Below, piece by piece: positions 1 to 9,194 of a stretch of DNA of 64,000 nucleotides. The position numbers and the translations under genes are program-made. Source of the DNA: a virus; IMG/VR virus record IMGVR_UViG_3300021371_000013, positions 6,712 through 70,711 of that record; one strand, written 5' to 3'. The notes beneath the pieces are model-generated. The model was not told the DNA's origin. It ran no database searches and saw only the letters and a list, made by a program, of their open reading frames with translations. The first letter of the stretch is position 1; every line of letters starts with the position of its first letter.

Positions 1-11
1 GTTTATTCATA

Positions 12-398
12 TCAGAATGGAATGTCTGCAAATTCGTCGTCAGCTTCTTCGGCTTGAGGTTCTTTGGTGCTTGATTGTCCTGAACTGGTAGAATCTTCAG
101 ACTTGTCGAGGAATGTTACTTTTTCTGCAACACAATATGTTCGAGTACGATTTTCTCCATCTTTCGTCTTCCAGCTACTTGAAGCGAGTCTTCCCTCAAC
201 CAATACTTTTCTTCCCTTACTTAAGAAGCGGTTGCAGTTTTCTGCGACGCTATTCCATGTTTCTACGTCAATGTAGAAAACACTGTTGTTTACTTTGTTG
301 TTTATTGCGATTGCAAAATCGCATACTTTATTATCTCCTTTGATTTCGCGGAACTTTGGGTCGCGCGTTAAATTTCCTAATGCTATATATTTGTTCAT
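12..398 (-). CDS. ssb: single-stranded DNA-binding protein
   Basis: OB-fold SSB motifs (LGNLTRDP, KGRKVLVEGRL) and acidic C-tail DDEFADIPF. Confidence 0.95.
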   Translation of the reverse strand: MNKYIALGNLTRDPKFREIKGDNKVCDFAIAINNKVNNSVFYIDVETWNSVAENCNRFLSKGRKVLVEGRLASSSWKTKDGENRTRTYCVAEKVTFLDKSEDSTSSGQSSTKEPQAEEADDEFADIPF

Positions 399-991
399 AA
401 TTCTTCTAATAATTCATGTTGTATGTGTTCTATTGCAGAGTTGTGGATGTTGATACAACCCTGTATACTTAAATTCATTGTTTCTCCTATCTTTTTCCAC
501 GGCATAACTTTGTTTTTTGTGCCAATAATGTATCTCATTTCAAATATCTTTTCTACTCTTGTGTCAGGATGTTCTTTGATTACGCCCAATACTTTATTGA
601 ATAAATCTTGTTTAATGCTCTCAGAGATTGTGTCTTCATTTAGGTCAGTATTGTCTGTCATATTTTCTATAAATTCACTCTGAAATGCTGGGCGACGTTT
701 GTTTCTATTGTATAGATTTAAACACATCCATTTAGTTTCATTGCCGAGATAAGTACTGAATTTCGCACCTCGATCTGGGTCATATTTCTTGGCGGCGTTA
801 TATATTTTATATTCCTTATCTTGTATTAATTCGTTGTAATCAATAAAGGGATTGTTTGGACTTGCGTAATTATTGACCATCTCGAGATAGATACCACTGT
901 GCCTATTAACTAATTCCTCAAGACTATCTTCAACATCAATTTGTTTTTGAATATTTTGGATGAGCTGTGAGTCTTCTAGGTTTTCATTCAT
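395..991 (-). CDS. phage sigma70-family sigma factor
   Basis: Region 2 motif (AAKKYDPDRGAKFSTY) and region 4 HTH (WKKIGETMNLSIQGCINIH). Confidence 0.8.
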   Translation of the reverse strand: MNENLEDSQLIQNIQKQIDVEDSLEELVNRHSGIYLEMVNNYASPNNPFIDYNELIQDKEYKIYNAAKKYDPDRGAKFSTYLGNETKWMCLNLYNRNKRRPAFQSEFIENMTDNTDLNEDTISESIKQDLFNKVLGVIKEHPDTRVEKIFEMRYIIGTKNKVMPWKKIGETMNLSIQGCINIHNSAIEHIQHELLEEL

Positions 992-1536
992 AATATAGAT
1001 GATAACACTTGATTTACTTTATTCGATATTTCTTCCATGTTTTCAAGATCAAAATCACTCCATTCAATATGGTTTCTTGATTTATTTTTGAGTATAGGGT
1101 CGTTATCTAACTCCTCTTGGTTTGGAGCTATATTACCCGTTCTGGTTATATGTATCGCCTCCCCACCCATCTCGTGAATCCAATCAATCTCGTTTTCGAA
1201 CCGGACATCTGTTACAAACACATAAACTTCGTTACCCAGATCCCTAAGTACATCATCTTTGATTTTATCAACCCAACAATTCTTGTTTAATTTTCTTCGA
1301 ACGTGAGTTCCGTATGTAACTAAAAATGGCCTTATTATTTCTTTTTGAGATGTATCTTCCGTAAATGCGGATATGCCTACATACTTCGAAAGTAGTTCAT
1401 CTGCTTCTTGTTTTAATGAATCCGCAAATGCGTACCTTTTGTATTTCTTACCTGCGGAATCGAAGAATGGTTTTGATAGGTTGAATAAGCTATCTTTACC
1501 ACATCTAGCTAAGCCACATATTCCTATGAGTTTCAT
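988..1536 (-). CDS. deoxynucleoside monophosphate kinase
   Basis: IGICGLARCGKD P-loop, AFADSLK, VTDVRFENE. Confidence 0.85.
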   Translation of the reverse strand: MKLIGICGLARCGKDSLFNLSKPFFDSAGKKYKRYAFADSLKQEADELLSKYVGISAFTEDTSQKEIIRPFLVTYGTHVRRKLNKNCWVDKIKDDVLRDLGNEVYVFVTDVRFENEIDWIHEMGGEAIHITRTGNIAPNQEELDNDPILKNKSRNHIEWSDFDLENMEEISNKVNQVLSSIL

Positions 1537-1538
1537 AA

Positions 1539-1835
1539 TTATGCGCCAAATACCATCTTAACATTAGATGATAGGTCGTGTAGTCCAGCGTTAGCTAGCA
1601 TTCTTGATACGCTATGGTACGATATTAGGTCGTCAAATTCATCCTCCATTGCGTCAGCCTTGAGTTCATGGGAAATCATGACCGATGATAGTTTTAGGTT
1701 TTTGCCGCGCCGATCAAGCATCTCTCTGAGAGCTTCGGTACATGCCTCGGTTTCATCTTCAGCTTGGATTATCACTGACCAGTCAGAGCAACGAATCATA
1801 TAATATCTTCCATCACTTAAATCTATAATTTTCAT
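1539..1835 (-). CDS. hypothetical protein
   Basis: ORF starts directly after a sigma70-type promoter, first gene of the leftward operon. Confidence 0.7.
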   Translation of the reverse strand: MKIIDLSDGRYYMIRCSDWSVIIQAEDETEACTEALREMLDRRGKNLKLSSVMISHELKADAMEDEFDDLISYHSVSRMLANAGLHDLSSNVKMVFGA

Positions 1836-1841
1836 ACAGCA

Positions 1842-1870
1842 AGTATATCAACATTTCATCAATTTGTCAA
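1842..1870 (-). promoter_or_regulatory. sigma70-type promoter, leaderless spacing
   Basis: TTGACA-17-TATACT with TG extension, 6 nt before ATG at 1835. Confidence 0.8.
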
Positions 1871-1973
1871 TTCTTATATTTATATATATTAATTAAGATA
1901 TATCTATGAATATGTATTGTATTAACATTGTGCAATTAATTGAATGCCCAGGATCCAATTTTTTGAATTTTGT
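1871..1973. other. AT-rich palindromic spacer, candidate replication origin
   Basis: Non-coding, nearly all A/T, palindromes TTAATTAA, AGATATATCT, CAATTAATTG; lies between divergent promoters next to a wHTH gene. Confidence 0.35.
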
Positions 1974-2002
1974 TTGACAAAACGTGGTTTTTAAATTAGT
2001 AT
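1974..2002 (+). promoter_or_regulatory. sigma70-type promoter, leaderless spacing
   Basis: TTGACA-17-TAGTAT, 7 nt before ATG at 2010. Confidence 0.7.
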
Positions 2003-2009
2003 TGTTTGC

Positions 2010-2318
2010 ATGAGAAAATTCACACAAATACCAAGCGCTATTCAGGAAGATGTAATTAGGGGAAAATTAATAGGTAACGATCTCGTCGTTTACAACTATC
2101 TTGTAACTAAAGCCAGTCATGGTAAGAATATATTTTTCACAAACGAGAGAATCGGTAAGGATCTTGGTGGCATGTCTTATGGAAAGATATCTGCTAGTTT
2201 ATCTCGACTAAAAAAAGCTCAACACATATCAAGATTCAAGACTTGTAATAGAACAGCAACAAAGCTTGAGACTGTAGTTCTTGATGGAGGTAAACTGATA
2301 GTTCGCGGCAAATCATGA
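2010..2318 (+). CDS. winged helix-turn-helix protein (replication initiator N-terminal-like)
   Basis: FTQIP...LVVYNYL...FFTNERIGKDLG.MS..KISASLSRLKKAQHI pattern. Confidence 0.6.
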   Translation: MRKFTQIPSAIQEDVIRGKLIGNDLVVYNYLVTKASHGKNIFFTNERIGKDLGGMSYGKISASLSRLKKAQHISRFKTCNRTATKLETVVLDGGKLIVRGKS

Positions 2319-3049
2319 AGGTAGCTCTGTGCTTTAGCGGTAAACTTGGAGCGTGGAAGCTCACAAGAGATAGTATATTTGAGAATGTAATTTTACCACT
2401 CAAGCCAGATATTTTTCTTTCAACATGGGAGAATGAAGAATATAGAAGTTTCTGTAAACACTATAAGCCGACTAGATTCTCAGCCCTTGATTATGCAAAC
2501 CATGAACATAAAATGAAAAGTTCTACAATTGATATTTGGTCAGGCCTAAAGCCAATGACATTTGGAATGAAGAAGGTCTTTGGGGTATTTGAGGATTACG
2601 TTAAGTTGCACAAAAAGAATTATGATTTTGTGATCAGGCTTCGCCCTGATCTTGATGTACTCGATCAAATCAAGCCTCATGAAATCAAAGAAGCTATCAA
2701 TCGCAAACACATCAAATTACCATTTTACGAAGGTCACAAAATATATGATCACGATGAAGAATTAAAGAAAGAATTTTCATTTAGCTTTGTTTATGAAAAA
2801 GCTATTCTGCCAAATCAAATCAATGATCAAATAGCAATTGGCGCACCCAAGCAAATGAAAAAATACATGAACTGCTTCGACTCAATCGAAGATCCAGTTA
2901 ACTTCATGTGGAACCAAGGCTATCCAGATTACATGTGTCGAATCCCAGAGTGCATATTAACAATGTATCTAAAAATGAACAACATAAAATATTCACAATT
3001 GACAGGATCAACAAAATTTGGTAATCTAAAAACAAAACTAATAAAATGA
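2315..3049 (+). CDS. putative glycan-modifying / glycosyltransferase-like protein
   Basis: MKVALCFSG, DIFLSTW, YDFVIRLRPDL, NDQIAIG motifs. Confidence 0.65.
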   Translation: MKVALCFSGKLGAWKLTRDSIFENVILPLKPDIFLSTWENEEYRSFCKHYKPTRFSALDYANHEHKMKSSTIDIWSGLKPMTFGMKKVFGVFEDYVKLHKKNYDFVIRLRPDLDVLDQIKPHEIKEAINRKHIKLPFYEGHKIYDHDEELKKEFSFSFVYEKAILPNQINDQIAIGAPKQMKKYMNCFDSIEDPVNFMWNQGYPDYMCRIPECILTMYLKMNNIKYSQLTGSTKFGNLKTKLIK

Positions 3050-4422
3050 TAAAATTAATAATATTTGATCTTGATGGCGTACTCGTTGAGTCGCGCGAAT
3101 TACATTTCATCGCATTAAATCGAGCGCTATCTGACGTTGGCGAGCAATATGTTATAAGTAAAGAAGAGCATCTTTGTAAGTATGACGCATTAACCACAAC
3201 ACAAAAACTAGCGAAATTAACTCGCGAAAAAGGATTGCCTGAATCTAGTCACAATCAAGTATGGAAATTAAAACAACAAAAAACCCTTGAAGAAATTGAC
3301 AATTTTACAATTGACACTCGAATACAAGAAATTTTAAAAAAATTAAAAACCCAAAATTATACAATTGCATGCGCAACCAACTCGATACGTAGCACAGCAA
3401 AATTACAACTCATAAGAAAAGGATTTTTTGAACATATAGACTTCCTTTATTCAAACGAAGATGTACAAAGCCCAAAACCAAATGCAGAAATTTATATGAG
3501 ATGCATGTTGAGATGCGCAGTCAACCCAGATGAAACAGTGATTATTGAAGATTCGCATATTGGTAGAAAGGGAGCTTTGCGCTCAGGAGCTCATCTCTGT
3601 GCGGTAACTGATAGCAACGATTTGACATTTGATAAAGTTCGCAATACTATCATCAATGCAGAACAAACATCACACATACAGCCCAAGTGGCAAGGAGGAA
3701 ATATGAACGTATTAATTCCAATGGCAGGTGCAGGTTCACGTTTTGAGCAGGCAGGGTATACCTTCCCAAAACCACTTATCGATGTGAATGGTAAACCCAT
3801 GATTCAACGAGTTGTTGAAAATTTAAACATGGATGCGCGGCACATATTTATTGTACAAAAAGAGCATTACGAAAAGTATGCACTCCAACACACACTTAAT
3901 TTAATTACCCCCAATTGTGAGATTGTGCAAGTCGAAGGGATAACTGAAGGCGCAGCATGCACAACGCTCCTCGCGAAAGAATTTATAAACAATGACGAAC
4001 CACTTGTTCTAGCAAACTCAGATCAGTATGTAAACTGGAACAGTAACGAATACATGTATTCTTGTATGGCTGATGATATTGATGGTTCGATATTAACATT
4101 TGAATCTACTCACCCAAAATGGAGTTATGCTAAATTAAATGAAGATGGATTTGTTACTGAGGTAGCAGAGAAAAAACCAATCAGTAAGCATGCTACAGTT
4201 GGAATTTATTTTTGGAAGAGAGGGAAAGATTATATTGAATGCGCGGAATCCATGATTGAGAAAGATATTCGAGTAAACAATGAATTTTATGTTTGCCCTG
4301 TTTACAATGAAGCACTTCTTCGCGGCGCTCGAGTTAAAACTTTTCATATTGATAAAATGTGGGGTCTTGGTACCCCAGAAGATTTGGATTTATTTTTGAA
4401 GCATGAAATTAATATCCCATAG
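3046..4422 (+). CDS. HAD phosphatase fused to sugar nucleotidyltransferase
   Basis: N-terminal FDLDGVL, KPNAEIY, IEDS; C-terminal IPMAGAGSRF...PKPLI, EKKPIS. Confidence 0.85.
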   Translation: MIKLIIFDLDGVLVESRELHFIALNRALSDVGEQYVISKEEHLCKYDALTTTQKLAKLTREKGLPESSHNQVWKLKQQKTLEEIDNFTIDTRIQEILKKLKTQNYTIACATNSIRSTAKLQLIRKGFFEHIDFLYSNEDVQSPKPNAEIYMRCMLRCAVNPDETVIIEDSHIGRKGALRSGAHLCAVTDSNDLTFDKVRNTIINAEQTSHIQPKWQGGNMNVLIPMAGAGSRFEQAGYTFPKPLIDVNGKPMIQRVVENLNMDARHIFIVQKEHYEKYALQHTLNLITPNCEIVQVEGITEGAACTTLLAKEFINNDEPLVLANSDQYVNWNSNEYMYSCMADDIDGSILTFESTHPKWSYAKLNEDGFVTEVAEKKPISKHATVGIYFWKRGKDYIECAESMIEKDIRVNNEFYVCPVYNEALLRGARVKTFHIDKMWGLGTPEDLDLFLKHEINIP

Positions 4423-4825
4423 AGGAAACATTGAGGGCCCAAACCCTAAACGTGAAAATGATCCTGAGTACATTCTTGAAGCGATTGATCGCGGATATGA
4501 TGTAGAAGTTGACATATGGGGACACAAGCAGATTTGGCTTGGTCACGATAGCGCACAATATCCCTGTCCGTTAAGTTTCCTTATGCAAAATAAAAGTAAA
4601 TTATGGATTCATTGTAAAAACGATAGCGCATTATTTACACTCATACATTTTGAATCTTTAAACATATTCTTTCATCAAGAAGATGATCGAACATTAACAT
4701 CAAAAGGATACATATGGACATATCCAGATAAAAGCGTTTGTCAAAAAAGTGTTTTAGTATTAGAAGATACAAGAAATTATGTTGGTAAAAATTGTTTTGG
4801 ATTGTGTGGTGATTATTTACTGTGA
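4403..4825 (+). CDS. glycerophosphodiester phosphodiesterase-like protein
   Basis: ISHRGN, EN, VEVDIW, LGHD, WIHCKN. Confidence 0.7.
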   Translation: MKLISHRGNIEGPNPKRENDPEYILEAIDRGYDVEVDIWGHKQIWLGHDSAQYPCPLSFLMQNKSKLWIHCKNDSALFTLIHFESLNIFFHQEDDRTLTSKGYIWTYPDKSVCQKSVLVLEDTRNYVGKNCFGLCGDYLL

Positions 4826-5640
4826 ATCACGAGCCGTATGTTAGCCGCTTTGATCGTTGGTGGCTTGACTTTAATAAATGCTTATTAAAAAAAATAGAAG
4901 CTTATGAGGATACAGTTTCTATTATCATACAGGGCCCACTCAATCAACGAAGTATCAACACGATACCTGATTACCTAAAGTACGGAGAGGTGATAGTTAG
5001 CTGTTGGGATAACGACGATCTATCATTATTAGACAACCACAAACAAAACATAAAAATCGTAGTAAATCATTACCACGACGCCACAAGTAAAGCTTATCGA
5101 ACCCACCTCAAAAACCCAATCATATTCCAAAACTACACAACACACAATGCACTAAAACAAGCGACTGGATACTTTGCAATCAAAACACGATCTGATGAAA
5201 GTTATCCTATACTTGATCCATTACTAGATATACTTAAAAAAAATCGAGACTCAAAAGAATGGTATAAAATCGTAACATCCAATATTTATTTCAGACATGA
5301 TAGTCAATTTAAATTTCATCCATCCGATCACTTGATTGCAGGAGCGAGAATCAGAATGAAACAAATTTTTGAAGAAAGTTATTTTAGATGCGCAACAGGT
5401 AGAATCAATGGGTTAGGGCCAGAGGAGTTGATTGGCCACAGCACAATTTGTACTTATTTTGACCCTGTTTTAAAATGTCGCGATAAACCTGACCCAAATA
5501 GATCAAAAGAACAAATGAAAAAACACTTTAACATCATTCGAATACGCGACCTTCCTCGCCGTACATGGACATCCAGCTATAGAAAATATGACCCACTACG
5601 ATCAGAAGAAGATTGGTGTCACCACATAAATGACATATAA
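4822..5640 (+). CDS. WavE-like LPS/glycan synthesis protein
   Basis: SIIIQGP, IVSCW, AIKTRSDE, FHPSDHLIAG. Confidence 0.6.
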   Translation: MNHEPYVSRFDRWWLDFNKCLLKKIEAYEDTVSIIIQGPLNQRSINTIPDYLKYGEVIVSCWDNDDLSLLDNHKQNIKIVVNHYHDATSKAYRTHLKNPIIFQNYTTHNALKQATGYFAIKTRSDESYPILDPLLDILKKNRDSKEWYKIVTSNIYFRHDSQFKFHPSDHLIAGARIRMKQIFEESYFRCATGRINGLGPEELIGHSTICTYFDPVLKCRDKPDPNRSKEQMKKHFNIIRIRDLPRRTWTSSYRKYDPLRSEEDWCHHINDI

Positions 5641-5683
5641 AACGCAGGAATCCCTGTATACAAGCGGGTTCTGGGCGTTTCTA

Positions 5684-5708
5684 GAGTTCCCACAACTCGT
5701 TTTTTTTT
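5684..5708 (+). terminator. probable intrinsic terminator
   Basis: GAGTT-CCCAC-AACTC hairpin followed by a T9 run; a larger imperfect hairpin at 5641-5679 precedes it. Confidence 0.5.
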
Positions 5709-5720
5709 GTATATAATAGT

Positions 5721-6599
5721 ATGGCAAAAATATTGCGTACAGAACAGTTGTCGGTCGATGGGGACAATATCCGCTTGACCGCAGATCAAGGAAACTTGAT
5801 CATAAATAGTGTGAGCGGGGATGATCTAACGCAGATTACATCTACCACTAAAATCGGACAGGACATTTCAAGTCTGGCCGTGAGAGATACAGAATTTGAT
5901 ACAGATGTATCTAGCTTGGCCGCAAAAAACTCCGAAGCAGAAAATCTTGCAATCACCGCATCCAAGTATGGAGCATATGGGTTAAAAACTTCAAATTTAA
6001 GCACTGGAACAGGTAGCAGTGTTCAAACAATAACCTTGAGCGGTAGAGCTTTTATCAGCGATCCAGTTGTCACTGCTAGCCTATTAGGAGGAGCAAATGA
6101 TCCAATTATAGCAGTTATGGTATCTGATGTTTCAGAAACAGCAACAAGTGGCGTCTACCAAGCAACATTTCAGTTTTCTGATGAGCTTCCAGCAACAGGA
6201 GAAACTGACCAACCTACAAGTTATAAGTTGAATATTGTAGCCTGTGTTAGCGGAACTGATGCCGATTTGGACACTATCATTGACAGTATGGACAGTGACC
6301 GCGATGGAGATGGAGTTGAGAATAGTTTAGATTCTGACCCAGATGATTCAAGTATAGGCGCAACTACCCCAACAGACTATAAGTATGACTACTCCACCTA
6401 TCAGTGGAAGGTTTACGGCAACGCTATAAATATAGAATGGAACAACGTGCAATACGACCGATTTACTGTAGACGATGGGGATTCCTATGAAGGCCCAGTG
6501 ACAATGTCAGATGGTAAAATTTTCAAAAGAGGAACTTATCAACAATCTAGTGTAAATGGCTCTCACCACTTTTACTCAATAAGACTCAATAATCCCTAA
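5721..6599 (+). CDS. putative virion decoration/fibre protein with a TSP3-like Ca-binding repeat
   Basis: DSDRDGDGVENSLDSDPDD motif; F..DPVVTASL domain resembling those in ORFs 47018 and 48414; TTGTA-N9-ATG upstream. Confidence 0.5.
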   Translation: MAKILRTEQLSVDGDNIRLTADQGNLIINSVSGDDLTQITSTTKIGQDISSLAVRDTEFDTDVSSLAAKNSEAENLAITASKYGAYGLKTSNLSTGTGSSVQTITLSGRAFISDPVVTASLLGGANDPIIAVMVSDVSETATSGVYQATFQFSDELPATGETDQPTSYKLNIVACVSGTDADLDTIIDSMDSDRDGDGVENSLDSDPDDSSIGATTPTDYKYDYSTYQWKVYGNAINIEWNNVQYDRFTVDDGDSYEGPVTMSDGKIFKRGTYQQSSVNGSHHFYSIRLNNP

Positions 6600-6623
6600 T
6601 AATTAACTAACATAGTTTAGCTT

Positions 6624-6649
6624 AAACCCCCAGAAATGGGGGTTTTTTT
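6624..6649 (+). terminator. intrinsic terminator
   Basis: CCCCCA-GAAA-TGGGGG followed by T7. Confidence 0.9.
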
Positions 6650-6665
6650 ATTATAAATAATATAG

Positions 6666-6693
6666 TTGAAAAAAATAACATATTGAATATAAT
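6666..6693 (+). promoter_or_regulatory. sigma70-type promoter
   Basis: TTGAAA-16-TATAAT upstream of 6715. Confidence 0.5.
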
Positions 6694-6714
6694 CATTAAA
6701 CAAATTATTAAACT

Positions 6715-7287
6715 ATGTCACTAGCAATATATAAACCAAACAGTAAAAACACAGGTTGCGCATTTAACTTTTCTATCGGGGTAGATAAAAAGAAAGAACC
6801 TGTAGTATACGTCAACGCAATTCAGCAATTCGGTTGGGACGAAAAGAGGAGGACAGGAAACTTCTCAGGTAATGCTAGCGACCCTGAAAAGAAAATTAAT
6901 TTAAAATTTACTGAATTCGAAATCGGTGGAATGATTAGCGCGTTTCAAAAACGTCATGAATTTTCATCTTATCACGCTTACGAAGAAAACAAAACCACAA
7001 TCAAGTGCGCTCCCTGGGACAAGAAATCAAAAGTTCGCAATGGAGATAAAGAAGAATGGATAACACTTCCTGCCTTTGGAATAAATTTCACCAGAAACGG
7101 AAATCAAGCATTTAGAATTCCGCTTGAACCTGGAGAGGTAGAAAATTTGTGCGAGTTTCTAAGGTTTTACTTAAACACTCTTTATACCCACAGAAGAAAA
7201 GAAGATTTAAAAAAAGTTAAAGATTACAAGTCAAACAAAAAAGAAGAAAGTCAAAGCTCTCAGTCAAGCGAAGACGTTCCTTTTTAA
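6715..7287 (+). CDS. putative ssDNA-binding protein (PC4/Whirly-like) with SSB-type tail
   Basis: Beta-rich repeat followed by helix pattern; C-terminal SSEDVPF. Confidence 0.45.
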   Translation: MSLAIYKPNSKNTGCAFNFSIGVDKKKEPVVYVNAIQQFGWDEKRRTGNFSGNASDPEKKINLKFTEFEIGGMISAFQKRHEFSSYHAYEENKTTIKCAPWDKKSKVRNGDKEEWITLPAFGINFTRNGNQAFRIPLEPGEVENLCEFLRFYLNTLYTHRRKEDLKKVKDYKSNKKEESQSSQSSEDVPF

Positions 7288-9194
7288 TGAAAAAAAAGAA
7301 GGTTTTAATACACAGCAATCACTGTAAAGCGTTTACTGGATTTGGTAAACACACCAAAAACATACTCATCCATTTACAGAAAACCGGAAAGTATGATTTG
7401 GTTGAATTTGCAAACGGTATTCGTTGGGGTGATCCAAGTTTAAAAAACCTTCCGTGGTTAGCCGAAGGTTCATTACCCGCTGACTCAGTCACGCTAAAAA
7501 AACTACAACAAGATCCGCAACTTGCTAGAAGTGCAGGTTATGGCGGAGAAATGATTGACAAGATTATTGAGCGCGAAAAACCAGACGTTTATATTGGCAT
7601 AGAAGATATCTGGGCATTCAATGGTTATACCGAAAAAACCTGGTGGAACAAGATAAATTCTGCAGTTTGGACAACCCTAGACAGTTTACCTATTTTACCA
7701 GATGCAGTTAAAGCTGCACCAAAAATCAAAAACTATTTTACATGGGCAAGTTTCGCGCAAAAATCTCTAAACAAAATTGGGCAAGAACATGTGCAAACTC
7801 TTCGGGGTGCAATTGATTCATCTCACTTCTATAGACTTGAAGATGAAAAACGCTTCGAACTTCGCCAGCGACATAATATCAGCGAAGATAATTTCATTAT
7901 TGGTTTTGTTTTTCGTAACCAACTTCGCAAAAGCGTACCCAATCTTCTTGAAGGATTTAAAATCTTTTGTCAGCAAAACCCGACATGCAACGCAAAACTA
8001 TTATTGCACACACATTGGGGTGAAGGATGGGACATACCTAGACTATTACAGGAAAAAGAAATTGACGCATCTAAAATTCTAACAACTTATTATTGTAAAG
8101 AATGCAAAGAATATGAAATCAAAAGCTTTGTAGGTGAAAATCAAGATTGTAGATTTTGCGGTGGCAGCAAAACACAAGTAACAACAAGCACCAAGGCAGG
8201 AGTAGATGAAGGTCAACTCAATGAAATTTATAATTTTATGGATGTTTATTGTCATCCATTTACAAGTGGCGGCCAAGAAATTCCAATTCAAGAAGCAAAA
8301 CTTACTGAGCTTGTAACACTTGTAACAAATTATAGTTGCGGAGAAGATTGTTGTGTCCCAGAAGCTCAAAGCTTTCCACTGAGCTGGACAGAATATCGCG
8401 AACCAGGCACGCAATTCATTAAAGCAAGTACTGATCCAAAAAGTATCGCCTATCAACTCAGAAAAGTGTTTGACATGAAACCCGAGAAGCGCGCTAAAAT
8501 GGGCAAGGGGGCCAGACAATTCGTTATTGACAACTATAGCGTAGAAGCAGTCGGAGAACAATTAGAGTCAATTCTAGACGCCATGCCGGACGTCGATTGG
8601 GATTATGACTTTAAAGTTGAGGAGCGCGACCCAAATCATCAACCAATACAAACAGATGACGATTCAGAATGGTTAAGCGATCTATATAAAAACATACTTA
8701 AAGTAGAGACATATCCAACAGATGAAGGTCACAAACATTGGATGAAAAGATTGAATGATGATCTAAAAAGAGAAGATGTATTAAAATATTTCAGAAGTGT
8801 TGCGGAAAAAGAAAATCGCGAAAACAAAAAAGTAGATCTTACCGACCTACTAGATGAAGATGATAAAGGAAAAAGGTTATTGCTTGTAATGCCAGAAAGA
8901 ATCGGCGATGTATATCTTGCAACTTCACTTCTTCCAAACATAAAAAAACAATACAAAAATTTAAATATTTATTTTGCTACTCGCCCACAGTATTTTGAAG
9001 TGTTGGACGGAAACCCTTATATTCATAAATGCATACCATATCATGATTCACTAGCAAATCTACCACTCATGGAAGGTCAAGGTGATCATGAAGGATATTT
9101 TGAGATTGCATTCATTCCATTTCTTGGAACTCAACGAATCGTCAACTTTCCACACAACGGTAAAGACAAAATACAATTTGAATTATGCACCTAG
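7287..9194 (+). CDS. GT-B (GT4-like) glycosyltransferase with CxxC insert and C-terminal GT9 N-lobe
   Basis: TGFGK, RNQLRKS, GGQEIPIQEA; CKEC/CRFC; RIGDVYLATSLL...GNPYI. Confidence 0.8.
   Translation: MKKKKVLIHSNHCKAFTGFGKHTKNILIHLQKTGKYDLVEFANGIRWGDPSLKNLPWLAEGSLPADSVTLKKLQQDPQLARSAGYGGEMIDKIIEREKPDVYIGIEDIWAFNGYTEKTWWNKINSAVWTTLDSLPILPDAVKAAPKIKNYFTWASFAQKSLNKIGQEHVQTLRGAIDSSHFYRLEDEKRFELRQRHNISEDNFIIGFVFRNQLRKSVPNLLEGFKIFCQQNPTCNAKLLLHTHWGEGWDIPRLLQEKEIDASKILTTYYCKECKEYEIKSFVGENQDCRFCGGSKTQVTTSTKAGVDEGQLNEIYNFMDVYCHPFTSGGQEIPIQEAKLTELVTLVTNYSCGEDCCVPEAQSFPLSWTEYREPGTQFIKASTDPKSIAYQLRKVFDMKPEKRAKMGKGARQFVIDNYSVEAVGEQLESILDAMPDVDWDYDFKVEERDPNHQPIQTDDDSEWLSDLYKNILKVETYPTDEGHKHWMKRLNDDLKREDVLKYFRSVAEKENRENKKVDLTDLLDEDDKGKRLLLVMPERIGDVYLATSLLPNIKKQYKNLNIYFATRPQYFEVLDGNPYIHKCIPYHDSLANLPLMEGQGDHEGYFEIAFIPFLGTQRIVNFPHNGKDKIQFELCT

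Noticed and set aside
5641-5679. Imperfect hairpin as an ncRNA or recombination site
   Set aside because: Single copy with no recognisable family; more simply part of the 3' end structure of the operon
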